From the NCBI GenBank assembly GCA_020054205.1, contig JAGVLS010000020.1, forward strand, positions 93,223 to 157,222: 64,000 bases of DNA, in the 5' to 3' direction. Made by a program: the position numbers and the translations under genes. The notes under the pieces were generated by a model. The model made no database searches. It was not told where the DNA came from and saw only the letters and a list, made by a program, of their open reading frames with translations. Shown here piece by piece: positions 1 through 8,579 of the stretch (position 1 is its first letter; each line of letters begins with the position of its first letter). The DNA comes from Candidatus Obscuribacterales bacterium. GTDB taxonomy: Bacteria > Cyanobacteriota > Vampirovibrionia > Obscuribacterales > Obscuribacteraceae.

Positions 1-147
1 GTAAAGCCACAATATAAGGCTAGTAATATAAAACCAAAGGCTTTGCCTAAATCTGTAGCTTATAACAAAGAAATAGCCTCAAATAAACCATTAACTGTAG
101 CTGTTTATCCGCCATATACTGGACAATCGTCAGTATATTTGTTCTAG
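1..147 (+). CDS. 3' end of an unidentified ORF that starts upstream of the window
   Basis: Frame 1 is open from base 1 to TAG at 145-147 (..VKPQYKASNIKPKALPKSVAYNKEIASNKPLTVAVYPPYTGQSSVYLF*). No recognisable motif. Confidence 0.3.
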   Translation, partial: VKPQYKASNIKPKALPKSVAYNKEIASNKPLTVAVYPPYTGQSSVYLF

Positions 148-324
148 TAATTATTAAGTTAAAGCCCTTTGTTTATTGTCCAAAAAGGTAAATTTAAGGG
201 TAAATACCTTTAATTCTAGACTTGTGATTCCAGCTTGTTATGAGGAATTAGCTGAAATTTCATCTAAAAGTGCTCATTATTGTCTTAAGATTAAAACATA
301 ACCTATAGTTATAAGCTGAGTGAT

Positions 325-2988
325 ATGAAAGAAGATTTGGTAATGCTTAAAAACCAGCAAGAAATAATGGAAAAACTATCCATTGATGCCTGGTCTTACC
401 TTGAACAAAATAAATATGTAGAAGCAATCGCCTCGTATGCCAAAGCTATCGAAATTGCTCAAAAGCTAAATGATAAAGTAGCTCAAATTGTTTTTTATAG
501 CTACTTATATTTAGCTGAGAGAGGTTTAGGTAATTTTGTTCAAGCAAAAAAATATTTATTTAATTCTTTGGAAATCTTGCAAAAGAGTCAGGATTTGCCA
601 CAACTTACTTGTTGCCAGCTGAAAGCACATGTTTATTATTTTATGGCTGAATATTATTTAGATGAAGGAAGAGATCAATTAGCTTTGTCGGAACTTTTAA
701 AGTCATTGGGCATGGCGCTAGAGTGCAATGAGTTTGTCAGTGCTGAAATTGCTTTTGGAAAAATCGGACAGATTTATTTGTACCAAGGTAATTATGAAGC
801 AGCTTGTGAGATGTTTCGTCGCGCTTTGGATATAAATCCTGAAAGTGATAATCAAGTTGCTTGGTTAGCATTATTAGGACAGAGTTTAAAAGAATTGGGA
901 GAATTAGTAAGAGCACTTAAGTGTTATAAAACTGCATTATCTAAAGCTAACGAAAAAGGTGATATTGAAGAACAAGCAAAATGTTTAATTAGTGAAGGAT
1001 TAGCTTATTATGCACAAGATAATTGGCAAGAGTCATTGTCTTGTTTTGAAAAAGCTATGTTGGCTAATCAAGAAATAAATGATAATTTGCTTCAAGCGCT
1101 AGTCTTAACCAATATGGGTAACGCGTATCTTAAGCTTGGCAAACTAGATAAAGCAGAAGAATTATGTAAGCGTGCCCTGCAATTAGCAGAATCTGATGGT
1201 GACAAAACCAATCAAGCAGCTTTTTTGGATAGTCTAGGTGATTGTTTGTTAGAGCAAGGTAAATATGAGGATGCGTTTAGTTATTATGATCAAGCATTTC
1301 ATTTAGCAAAAGAAGGACTTGATCGTATAGGTGAGCGAACTTATTTAGCAAATCTTGGCAAAGCTGCCATGAAGCTAGGCAAGGGCGAAATGGCGCTTGA
1401 ATATCTCGGCAGAGCAATAAATTTGTTTGAAGAAGAACAATCTCGCATTAGGTCCAATGATTTGAAAGTCAGTTTTGCTGGTAATGGACAAGATATGTAT
1501 AAAGCGGCTGTGGAAGTTTGTTTAGCTTTAGGAAAAAGATCTCAAGCAATTGAATATGTTGGCAAAGCTAAATCAAGAGCAATACTAGATCTTTTAAGTA
1601 ATTCTCCAATAGATATATCAGATTTGGAAAAAATAGATGATAAAAACATTGCTAAATTATTGGGGCGCGAACGTGATTTAAAAGAACAAATTGTCCGTTT
1701 GGAAAAAGTCTTTGCACAAGAACACGAAGACAATAAAGGCATGAGAGGTGCCAACTTTTCTAAAACAGATATTTCAAAACTTTATCAAGAGAGACGTGAA
1801 ATTATTGAAGAGCTAATGCTCTATCATCCTAACTATACCAATCTTATTAGTGTGCAAACATTGCCCTTCGGTGAAATTCAATCTTTATGGCGAGATAAAG
1901 AAAATAGAAAAAACAAGCTTGATAAAAATACAGCTATTATTGAATTTTTCTTCACACCTAGTTTGTTATTGTCTGCAGCTATTTGGGATGGGCAGACAGA
2001 ACCAGATGTGAATATACTGACTGATAATGAAGAATTACTTTCTTTAAGCTCTGATATAAATGATTTTATTGAAATGACTTCTGCCGAGGGCTTTGATGTG
2101 CCCATAAGTCTTAGCCAACGTTTGTATCAACGTCTTTTGCAAAACATTGTAGAAAATCTGCCTGGCCATATTGATAGATTTATTGTTATTCCTCATGGAA
2201 TATTGCACCATTTACCTTTTGCTGCTCTTTATGATGGTAATGGGTATTTGATTGAGCGTTTTGTTTTAAGCTATCTACCAACTGTAAGTATTATCCCTAT
2301 TCTTTTTGATATGGAATCAAAAAAGGATAGTGTCTCTATAGGTAAATATTTAGTATCAGTTATATCTGACTATTCGCATACCAGGGATAATGGTATCGCA
2401 TTTAGTGCTCGATTTCGCTCGTCTGCTGGATTGCAAGATCTAACATATACTATTTCCGAAGGGAAAAACATAATTGATATAGCCAATAAATATGGTGGGG
2501 AAGTTAAGTTGTTAGCTAATGAACAAGTAAAAGAAAATTTTATATCTTCGTTTGCTAATTATCCTATAGTACATTTTGCTGGTCACGCTATATTTAACCC
2601 TGATGAGCCTTTGGCATCAGGTTTGGTTTTAAGTGACGGAAGCGTTTTAACAGCAGCTTCCATATTGCAAGATAAAGTATTAAAAACAAAGTGCGGTAAA
2701 TTACTTGTTCTTTCTGCTTGCCAAACTGGTGTTAATAAAGTAACAGCTGGTGGAGACATATTAGGACTTTCTCGAACACTTATGTATGCCGGTATGCCAA
2801 ATTTGATTTTGAGTTTGTGGGAAGTTGCAGATAATTCCACTGCCGAACTTATGCAAAATTTGTATAGCGGTTGGCAAGCTGGTAAAACAACAATTGCTTT
2901 GGCAATGGCGGGAGCACAACGCAAAGTTATTGCCGATGGGCGGTCCATACATGCTTGGGCTCCATTTGTACATTTCGGTATTGGTTAG
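325..2988 (+). CDS. TPR-repeat protein with C-terminal CHAT (caspase-like) protease domain
   Basis: The N-terminal ~400 aa consist of TPR-like repeats (AIASYAKAIEIAQKLND, LTNMGNAYLKLGKLDKAEELCKRALQLA, etc.). The C-terminus has the CHAT His/Cys dyad context: VHFAGHAIFN and LLVLSACQTG, then LWEVAD. Confidence 0.8.
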   Translation: MKEDLVMLKNQQEIMEKLSIDAWSYLEQNKYVEAIASYAKAIEIAQKLNDKVAQIVFYSYLYLAERGLGNFVQAKKYLFNSLEILQKSQDLPQLTCCQLKAHVYYFMAEYYLDEGRDQLALSELLKSLGMALECNEFVSAEIAFGKIGQIYLYQGNYEAACEMFRRALDINPESDNQVAWLALLGQSLKELGELVRALKCYKTALSKANEKGDIEEQAKCLISEGLAYYAQDNWQESLSCFEKAMLANQEINDNLLQALVLTNMGNAYLKLGKLDKAEELCKRALQLAESDGDKTNQAAFLDSLGDCLLEQGKYEDAFSYYDQAFHLAKEGLDRIGERTYLANLGKAAMKLGKGEMALEYLGRAINLFEEEQSRIRSNDLKVSFAGNGQDMYKAAVEVCLALGKRSQAIEYVGKAKSRAILDLLSNSPIDISDLEKIDDKNIAKLLGRERDLKEQIVRLEKVFAQEHEDNKGMRGANFSKTDISKLYQERREIIEELMLYHPNYTNLISVQTLPFGEIQSLWRDKENRKNKLDKNTAIIEFFFTPSLLLSAAIWDGQTEPDVNILTDNEELLSLSSDINDFIEMTSAEGFDVPISLSQRLYQRLLQNIVENLPGHIDRFIVIPHGILHHLPFAALYDGNGYLIERFVLSYLPTVSIIPILFDMESKKDSVSIGKYLVSVISDYSHTRDNGIAFSARFRSSAGLQDLTYTISEGKNIIDIANKYGGEVKLLANEQVKENFISSFANYPIVHFAGHAIFNPDEPLASGLVLSDGSVLTAASILQDKVLKTKCGKLLVLSACQTGVNKVTAGGDILGLSRTLMYAGMPNLILSLWEVADNSTAELMQNLYSGWQAGKTTIALAMAGAQRKVIADGRSIHAWAPFVHFGIG

Positions 2989-3075
2989 GTCTCTAGACAG
3001 CTAAGTAAGACTTCACTATTATTATCATGGTCAATGGATAGCCAAGAAGTAATATCATAGATATAGAGGCACTTA

Positions 3076-3537
3076 ATGGAAATAATTAAGAAGGTTGTTG
3101 GGTTAATACTTGTAATTGGTTTTAGTGTAATACCGAGTGTTACTTATGCTCAGCCCCATAATCATGCAACATCTAATGCAATAAGCGATCCTATTCAAGT
3201 TTATAAAGAAGCTGGAGCTAGTGCTGAACAAGAAACAAAAATTCGTCAATTGGCCCGTGATTTTGAAGTACAAGCTAAAGTTCGTTTTGAGCGGCTAAAA
3301 AACTTACTCAGACAAATGCAAGAATGTGCATATGAGGCAAGTCCAGATGAGAAAAAGGTATTAAGTTTGCAAGATACTATCAATCAATTGCAATCTGAAA
3401 TGGCTAGTGAAAAAATTAAATTGATGCTCAAAATACGATATACGTTAAATGAAGAACAACGTAATAAACTAGTTGCCATAGTGCGTCAAAGCAAAGAAAG
3501 TGTTGAAGCACCACGTAATATGCCGGCTTCAAAATAA
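3076..3537 (+). CDS. Periplasmic Spy/CpxP-like (LTXXQ-motif) protein
   Basis: Signal peptide (VVGLILVIGFSVIPSVTYA), helical charged body, LTXXQ-like motif YTLNEEQRNKL. GAGG RBS precedes the ATG. Confidence 0.5.
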   Translation: MEIIKKVVGLILVIGFSVIPSVTYAQPHNHATSNAISDPIQVYKEAGASAEQETKIRQLARDFEVQAKVRFERLKNLLRQMQECAYEASPDEKKVLSLQDTINQLQSEMASEKIKLMLKIRYTLNEEQRNKLVAIVRQSKESVEAPRNMPASK

Positions 3538-3556
3538 CAACCTAAAATTAGTAAAT

Positions 3557-4186
3557 TCAATCTGGAATAAATGACAAATAATGAACTGTAGCAAAATTAT
3601 TGCTGAAATCTATTTTTGAAATTGATCCAACAGGAATTGCAAGACGCCAGAAATTTTCTATTGGTATTGAAAGTGCATATAAAGTTATTGCTCTAATCAC
3701 GCCAGCGTGAGTAACAAGGATAATAGTTTTTCCCTCGTATTCTTTTATTATGCTCAATAATTTTTTTTGTACTCTTTGACATACATCATGAATTGATTCT
3801 CCATCTGGCGGAGCATTATGAATTGGATCATTTACCCAGCGATCATATATTTCTCTTTGATTTTTCTTTACTTCTAAATACGTCAAGCCTTCCCAATTAC
3901 CAACATGCCATTCATTTAAATCTTCGATAGCGACAGCTTTCAATTTAGTTGTTTTTTCAATAATTTGGGCTGAAGAAACGACTCTATGGGCAGCGCTTGA
4001 CAATAACGTGTTGGGCTTTTCTTTGCTTATCCAATTAGCAATTGCAATAATTTGTGAAGTTCCCAATTCAGTTAGCTTAGCCATAGGATTGGAATAAAGT
4101 TTCCCTTTTTCTGTTTCTGCCGTTTGGCCATGCCTCACTAAAAGCAGTCTTGTTAAAGTTTCTTCAGGATGTAATGATTCAGTCAT
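3557..4186 (-). CDS. Histidine phosphatase family protein (phosphoglycerate mutase-like)
   Basis: Catalytic RHG motif LLLVRHGQT near the N-terminus and the second His in LVTHAGVIRA. Length is typical (209 aa). Confidence 0.75.
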   Translation of the reverse strand: MTESLHPEETLTRLLLVRHGQTAETEKGKLYSNPMAKLTELGTSQIIAIANWISKEKPNTLLSSAAHRVVSSAQIIEKTTKLKAVAIEDLNEWHVGNWEGLTYLEVKKNQREIYDRWVNDPIHNAPPDGESIHDVCQRVQKKLLSIIKEYEGKTIILVTHAGVIRAITLYALSIPIENFWRLAIPVGSISKIDFSNNFATVHYLSFIPD

Positions 4187-4289
4187 TGGGTCCGTGTAAG
4201 GTAAGAAGGGACTAATAATTATAATTCATTGGTCAAATAGGGCTTGACATGCGGTAAAGTAGAAAGATATTACAGACTAAATACTTCAT

Positions 4290-5954
4290 ATGCGTTGTCC
4301 TCAGTGTAACCAAAGAAATTCTATTGCTGCTAAAGCATGTGAGTTTTGCAAAGAAAAATTTCAAAGCAGACCAATAAGTAATACCGCCAAGATAATTGCA
4401 GGCGTTGGCGTTTTAGTTTTGGTTGCTGGAATTGCTTGGTCTTTGATTTATCCAAAAATTGCTGATCCAGAAATTGCATTATCTTCACATGCCAAACGTG
4501 TTGCACAAGGACCTTCATCACCAGATGATGCTTATAGCCTAAATAAAAAATTGAATTCTGACATACAAAAGTTTTTACAAAATTTTGGCACTCTTGAATC
4601 TCCTCAGCTCTTAACAAAATTGCGCACATTATTACCTTCAAATGCTTTTGAAGCACATATTGTTGATTTACCACGAGCGCTGAAAATTGTAGAAATCGAT
4701 ACGGTTTTACAAGCTACTACTTATTTAGTAATGCCACCGAGTATTAAAGATGGACAACCTAAAATATTTGTCTTAAAGGATATAGAAGTTTTTGATGATG
4801 GCAGAATCATTAAAGATGCAGCTGGACCTATCCTTGTTCTGATTGGTCATACAAGTGGTCAACCTCCACACAAACCACAAATCAAAACTTATGCACTTTT
4901 GCCTGATGATATCGTAGATGAGACCACTAAATTAGTGCCGCCTATTAATGGTTATGGCACAGCTAAGTTTGCAAAAAATAATCGCGATCTTAATCTGGAG
5001 TTATCTTTGGTCTCAATGGGACAAAAAGAAAGCCTATTTGCTTCCGTATCTCCGTATGATGAGGCATTAGCCTTTCAACAATTACAATGGAAGGGAGATA
5101 AATATTTATCTAAAATCAATTACTTATCTAGTCCAATTTATGCTCTCTATAATTTAGCTAAATCAACAAAATATCCTAATGCTCCGGATCCATCATTGGG
5201 TAAAGTAGCCGCAAAATTTATTAATGACAATAAAAATAATTTTGGAAAATTAGAAATTGCACGTATCAAAGCAAAGCCTGCTTCTTATGAATATTTGGTG
5301 AAAGAAACAAATTCCAATAACAAATATAAATTTGTTGTAGCAAAAAATGGTAAAAACTGGTTGGTTACAACAATTGATTTGACAAAAGAAAATAAAATTG
5401 CTGACGCTACCCAAAAACAATCTCAGTCACCAGTATCACAACCAAAATCAATTGTGAAACCAGAGATAACTGCATCTAATTCAGCTAAAGATAAGCCTAA
5501 GCTAGATAATAAAGAGGAAGAAAAGCCAATCGAAACAAATTCCATAAAAGTAGTACCAATGAAAGCTAGCAAAGCTTGCATTCATTCAAAAATTTCATCA
5601 GACAAAATAATGCTTAGAAATGCACCTTATGTTGGTGCTAAAGCTAACGATCAAATAGCTAAGGGAGTTCCTGTAAATATTATTGGTAAAGCTAATGGTT
5701 GGTATAAAGTAAATTGTAATGGCAAAGAGGGTTATGTTTATGCTGGCTTGGTAGATTTTGATAAACCAGAAGCATACACTACTGCTGTCGTTACCAAAAA
5801 CAAGTCAACTTCTCGTGTAGGCGATCGTGTAGTTGTTATTGGTGGCATTCACAACCATAAATATAAAGTGCAATTAGCTAATGGCAAAATTATTTATTTG
5901 GATAAAGATGCATTGGATGTGGCGGTTGAAATGCCGCCTGAACTTGTGCCCTAA
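4290..5954 (+). CDS. Membrane-anchored protein: N-terminal zinc ribbon, one TM helix, C-terminal bacterial SH3 domain(s)
   Basis: CPQCNQ..x..CEFCKE zinc ribbon. TM helix IIAGVGVLVLVAGIAWSLI. SH3b-like GVPVNIIGKANGWYKVNCNGKEGYVYAGLV, plus a second SH3-like stretch. Confidence 0.55.
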   Translation: MRCPQCNQRNSIAAKACEFCKEKFQSRPISNTAKIIAGVGVLVLVAGIAWSLIYPKIADPEIALSSHAKRVAQGPSSPDDAYSLNKKLNSDIQKFLQNFGTLESPQLLTKLRTLLPSNAFEAHIVDLPRALKIVEIDTVLQATTYLVMPPSIKDGQPKIFVLKDIEVFDDGRIIKDAAGPILVLIGHTSGQPPHKPQIKTYALLPDDIVDETTKLVPPINGYGTAKFAKNNRDLNLELSLVSMGQKESLFASVSPYDEALAFQQLQWKGDKYLSKINYLSSPIYALYNLAKSTKYPNAPDPSLGKVAAKFINDNKNNFGKLEIARIKAKPASYEYLVKETNSNNKYKFVVAKNGKNWLVTTIDLTKENKIADATQKQSQSPVSQPKSIVKPEITASNSAKDKPKLDNKEEEKPIETNSIKVVPMKASKACIHSKISSDKIMLRNAPYVGAKANDQIAKGVPVNIIGKANGWYKVNCNGKEGYVYAGLVDFDKPEAYTTAVVTKNKSTSRVGDRVVVIGGIHNHKYKVQLANGKIIYLDKDALDVAVEMPPELVP

Positions 5955-6016
5955 TGTTTTGTATGCTTTCCCTAATCATTTATAAGGTAGCTTATGATAT
6001 ATTAGATTTATTGTGT

Positions 6017-6090
6017 CGGGACGTGGCGCAGCTTGGTAGCGCGGCTGCTTTGGGAGCAGTAGGTCGTAGGTTCGAATCCTATCGTCCCGA
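6017..6090 (+). tRNA. tRNA-Pro (anticodon UGG)
   Basis: The cloverleaf was folded by hand. Acceptor CGGGACG/CGTCCCG, anticodon stem GCTGC/GCAGT, loop TTTGGGA, T-arm GTAGGTTCGAATCCTAT, discriminator A. No encoded CCA. Confidence 0.9.
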
Positions 6091-6268
6091 TATTAAACTT
6101 ATTCTTGACTAAATAATAATTCCAGCTTGTCAATGGAACTTCTTGTTGTGTCTAGGTTCTGGAACTTTTCAGATTAGTAAACGACATCTTAATAAGACCT
6201 GTATAGTATAATTTCCGCCCAGCTTTCGCTGGCAATTTATTTTTTTGACGAATAATAAAGGAGCAAAA

Positions 6269-7261
6269 ATGAAAAAGAATGTGGTTAGCACAGCAGCAGT
6301 TCTATCTCTGGTTGCTTTAGCTACTTGTCCATTATCTGCTTTCTCACTTAGTTTTGATCAGATGTTAAGGGACTACTTAGGTAAAGGATTGAGCAATGCG
6401 GCAGCTCCTTCTCAAGACCTAGTGAAAACTAATATCAATACTAGACAAGCGCAATTAGAACAGGAAGTAGAAGCTGGTGTACGCGCAGGACAAGTGACAC
6501 CGCAGGAAGAGACTGATTTGAGAAATCAACTTAATTATATTGCTTCTCTGGAAGGTGACTATTTAGCTGATGGTACGCTTTCAAATTTTGAGACGCAAAA
6601 TTTGATTGACGAAATGAGCAATTTTGGGCAACGTTTAAATATTTATTTGACCAATGCCAATACAACCGGTGGTACTGGATATAATTCTACAAATTGGTTT
6701 CACAGATATGTTCGTGGTGGTGCACCAGATGCGATACCAACAAATCAAAGTTTAATTACCGGTAGAATTGATAGTAAACAAGCTGAAATCGATACCAATA
6801 TTGAAGGTGGTATTACATCAAGACGCTTGAATTGGACTGATGCACAAAATCTTCGCCAAGAATTAAATAGAATCGCTTCATTAGAAACTCAGTTTCTTGC
6901 TGATGGCAAAATCACTTATGGTGAAGAGCAACAATTAGTGAGAGATTTGAATAGCTTAAGTAATAAAGTTGCTCAAAAAACAAGTGGTTATGGACATCGT
7001 GGTGGAAGTAGACGTGGTGGTGTTAATTATCAACAATCATTATTGAGACAACGCATTAACCAAGGTCTGTCTTCAGGACGTATTACAAGAAGTGAAGCTA
7101 ATAAATTATTCCGTGATGAAGCTAGAATTACTCAAATAGAAAATGATTTAAGAGCATCAGGTGGAAGATTGAATTATGCTGAACAAAGACGTTTGTTGAA
7201 TGAACTTGATAAGTTATCTCGACAAGTTAACAAAGAGTTATGGGATCGCCAAGTTCAATAA
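6269..7261 (+). CDS. Secreted protein with three ~100-aa internal repeats, unknown function
   Basis: AGGAG RBS 6 nt before the ATG at 6269 (the ORF-track start at 6245 is TTG). Signal peptide AAVLSLVALATCPLSAFS. Repeat units share LRNQLNYIASLEGDYLADG / LRQELNRIASLETQFLADG / ITQIENDLRASGGRLNY. Confidence 0.6.
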   Translation: MKKNVVSTAAVLSLVALATCPLSAFSLSFDQMLRDYLGKGLSNAAAPSQDLVKTNINTRQAQLEQEVEAGVRAGQVTPQEETDLRNQLNYIASLEGDYLADGTLSNFETQNLIDEMSNFGQRLNIYLTNANTTGGTGYNSTNWFHRYVRGGAPDAIPTNQSLITGRIDSKQAEIDTNIEGGITSRRLNWTDAQNLRQELNRIASLETQFLADGKITYGEEQQLVRDLNSLSNKVAQKTSGYGHRGGSRRGGVNYQQSLLRQRINQGLSSGRITRSEANKLFRDEARITQIENDLRASGGRLNYAEQRRLLNELDKLSRQVNKELWDRQVQ

Positions 7262-7296
7262 TTGTTTTTGAGCATTAAAGATTCACCAAATCAAGT

Positions 7297-7331
7297 GGGG
7301 TAGGAATTTAATTCCTATCCTTCTCTTTTTT
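7297..7331 (+). terminator. Rho-independent terminator after the repeat-protein gene
   Basis: GGGGTAGGAAT-TTA-ATTCCTATCC stem (one bulge) followed by TTCTCTTTTTT. Confidence 0.6.
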
Positions 7332-7423
7332 CGACATACTTAGACACAATAAATTTGGTGGTAATAAGTCCTTGGGTATAATTACCAGCAATCTAAAAAA
7401 TTTGTTTTTGCCTCGGAGGACTC

Positions 7424-7531
7424 ATGGAGTTTCTAGCCGGATTTGGTGTTGTACTAGCAGTAACTGTAATTGCTACTTGGTTTAACGATAATATTTCCAA
7501 GGGCGAATATATTAACGACGAAGCAGCCTGA
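7424..7531 (+). CDS. Possible 35-aa single-TM peptide
   Basis: GGAGGA sits 4 nt upstream of the ATG. Sequence: MEFLAGFGVVLAVTVIATWFNDNISKGEYINDEAA*. A possible -35 TTGGTG (7355-7360) and -10 TATAAT (7377-7382) lie upstream. It is too short for the ORF track. Confidence 0.3.
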   Translation: MEFLAGFGVVLAVTVIATWFNDNISKGEYINDEAA

Positions 7532-7964
7532 TTTTTATTCTTGAAATTTAATAACGATCAGTTAGATAAGCTGATTGCAATACTTTATAGCCTATATACG
7601 AATAAACCAAGCATAAAATAACCAGCACGATGACAGGGTGTTGCAAGAGAGCTTTGTATAAAGGCTTGCAAAGAAAGTCAATCCAAAATATTCCTAAACT
7701 AGCTCCTGGCATGATTTGTTACCCATTAAGCGCGTGTCACCAAAATAAATATAGTGAGCGATACATTTGTTAACAATGCTTGAAGACCAGTGAGAATCAG
7801 CTTTAAGAAAGAGCTGGGAAAGTAAATCCTTATTCAAAAATTTTAGTTGATAAGATATAAACTTGTGTTGTCATAAGGCAAGATCTAATATGAATTCTTG
7901 GCGGCAGGGCTTTTAATAGGTATGAGCAAGATATGCAATATTATTTGTGTCTAAGGAGAAGAAG

Positions 7965-8369
7965 ATGGCAGATGTTTTTATTACTTCTACTTTGAAGTCC
8001 AAATGGAATTTAGACTTTGCTCCGCGTTTATGCGCTGCTCTTGAAATGAGAGGTATTTCATGTCATTTGCCGCAACGAGATACAAATCAAGCTGGCGATG
8101 CTGAATCAAAATGCCGAGAAAATCTCACGGCTCTTGCTAATGCTCAAATTCTTTTAGGCGTTTTGCTAAATGCTACGATTAATTCCGGGCTTGAATTTGG
8201 CTACGCTCATGGAATTGGCAAGCCATTAGTATTTTTAACTGATGAAAATCATCCTGTGCCAGTCATGGCGGAGACCATGTATAGTCAGGTTATTAAAGTA
8301 AAAAATATGGATGACATTTCTATTTATATAGATAATCTTTGTAATTGCCTAAAACAGCTCATGAGTTAA
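7965..8369 (+). CDS. Nucleoside 2-deoxyribosyltransferase-like family protein
   Basis: AGGAGAAGAAG then ATG at 7965 (the track start at 7947 is GTG). The family pattern is visible: short N-terminal strand VFITS, then ANAQILLGVLLNATINSGLEFGYAHGIGKPLVFL. This contains the acidic residue in the xxGxxxExGYA motif typical of the NDT/Rcl fold. Confidence 0.5.
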   Translation: MADVFITSTLKSKWNLDFAPRLCAALEMRGISCHLPQRDTNQAGDAESKCRENLTALANAQILLGVLLNATINSGLEFGYAHGIGKPLVFLTDENHPVPVMAETMYSQVIKVKNMDDISIYIDNLCNCLKQLMS

Positions 8370-8384
8370 TTCATTTGTTAGGGA

Positions 8385-8552
8385 GTAAGAAATTTGAACG
8401 TTTTTCTTACACATTTAAAATGACTGCCTGTTACGCTTTCATGACTGTTAGAAAAACAGCTGTTTTTCTAACAAGGCTGTAAATATTGATTTAGGAGAAA
8501 TATTGCTGTCAGATATTTGAACATTTTTCTTACACTAGGTGTACAAGAAAAA
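8385..8552. repeat. Three inverted repeats sharing the half-site TTTTTCT(T/A)AC, including a perfect 26-bp palindrome, plus a 20-bp direct repeat
   Basis: Hairpin A: GTAAGAAA(8385-8392)/TTTCTTAC(8403-8410). Perfect palindrome GTTAGAAAAACAGCTGTTTTTCTAAC at 8447-8472. Hairpin B: TTTTTCTTACAC-TAG-GTGTACAAGAAAAA at 8524-8552. Direct repeat TTTGAAC(G/A)TTTTTCTTACAC at 8393-8412 and 8516-8535. Confidence 0.8.
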
Positions 8553-8579
8553 AAGGCATATACGATGCTTAGATTAACG

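Noticed and set aside
325-2988. TPR-CHAT as part of a type III-E CRISPR (Craspase) locus
   Set aside because: There is no CRISPR array, no gRAMP/Cas7-11-like giant gene and no other cas gene anywhere in the window.
7548-7712. 54-codon minus-strand mini-ORF as a confident gene
   Set aside because: There is no Shine-Dalgarno-like sequence before its ATG and no recognisable family. It is kept only as a note inside the 7262-7946 finding.
7713-7964. Riboswitch (purine, 2'-dG or preQ1 type) upstream of the NDT-like gene
   Set aside because: I could not recognise any conserved riboswitch core by eye. An Infernal scan would be needed, so no claim is made.
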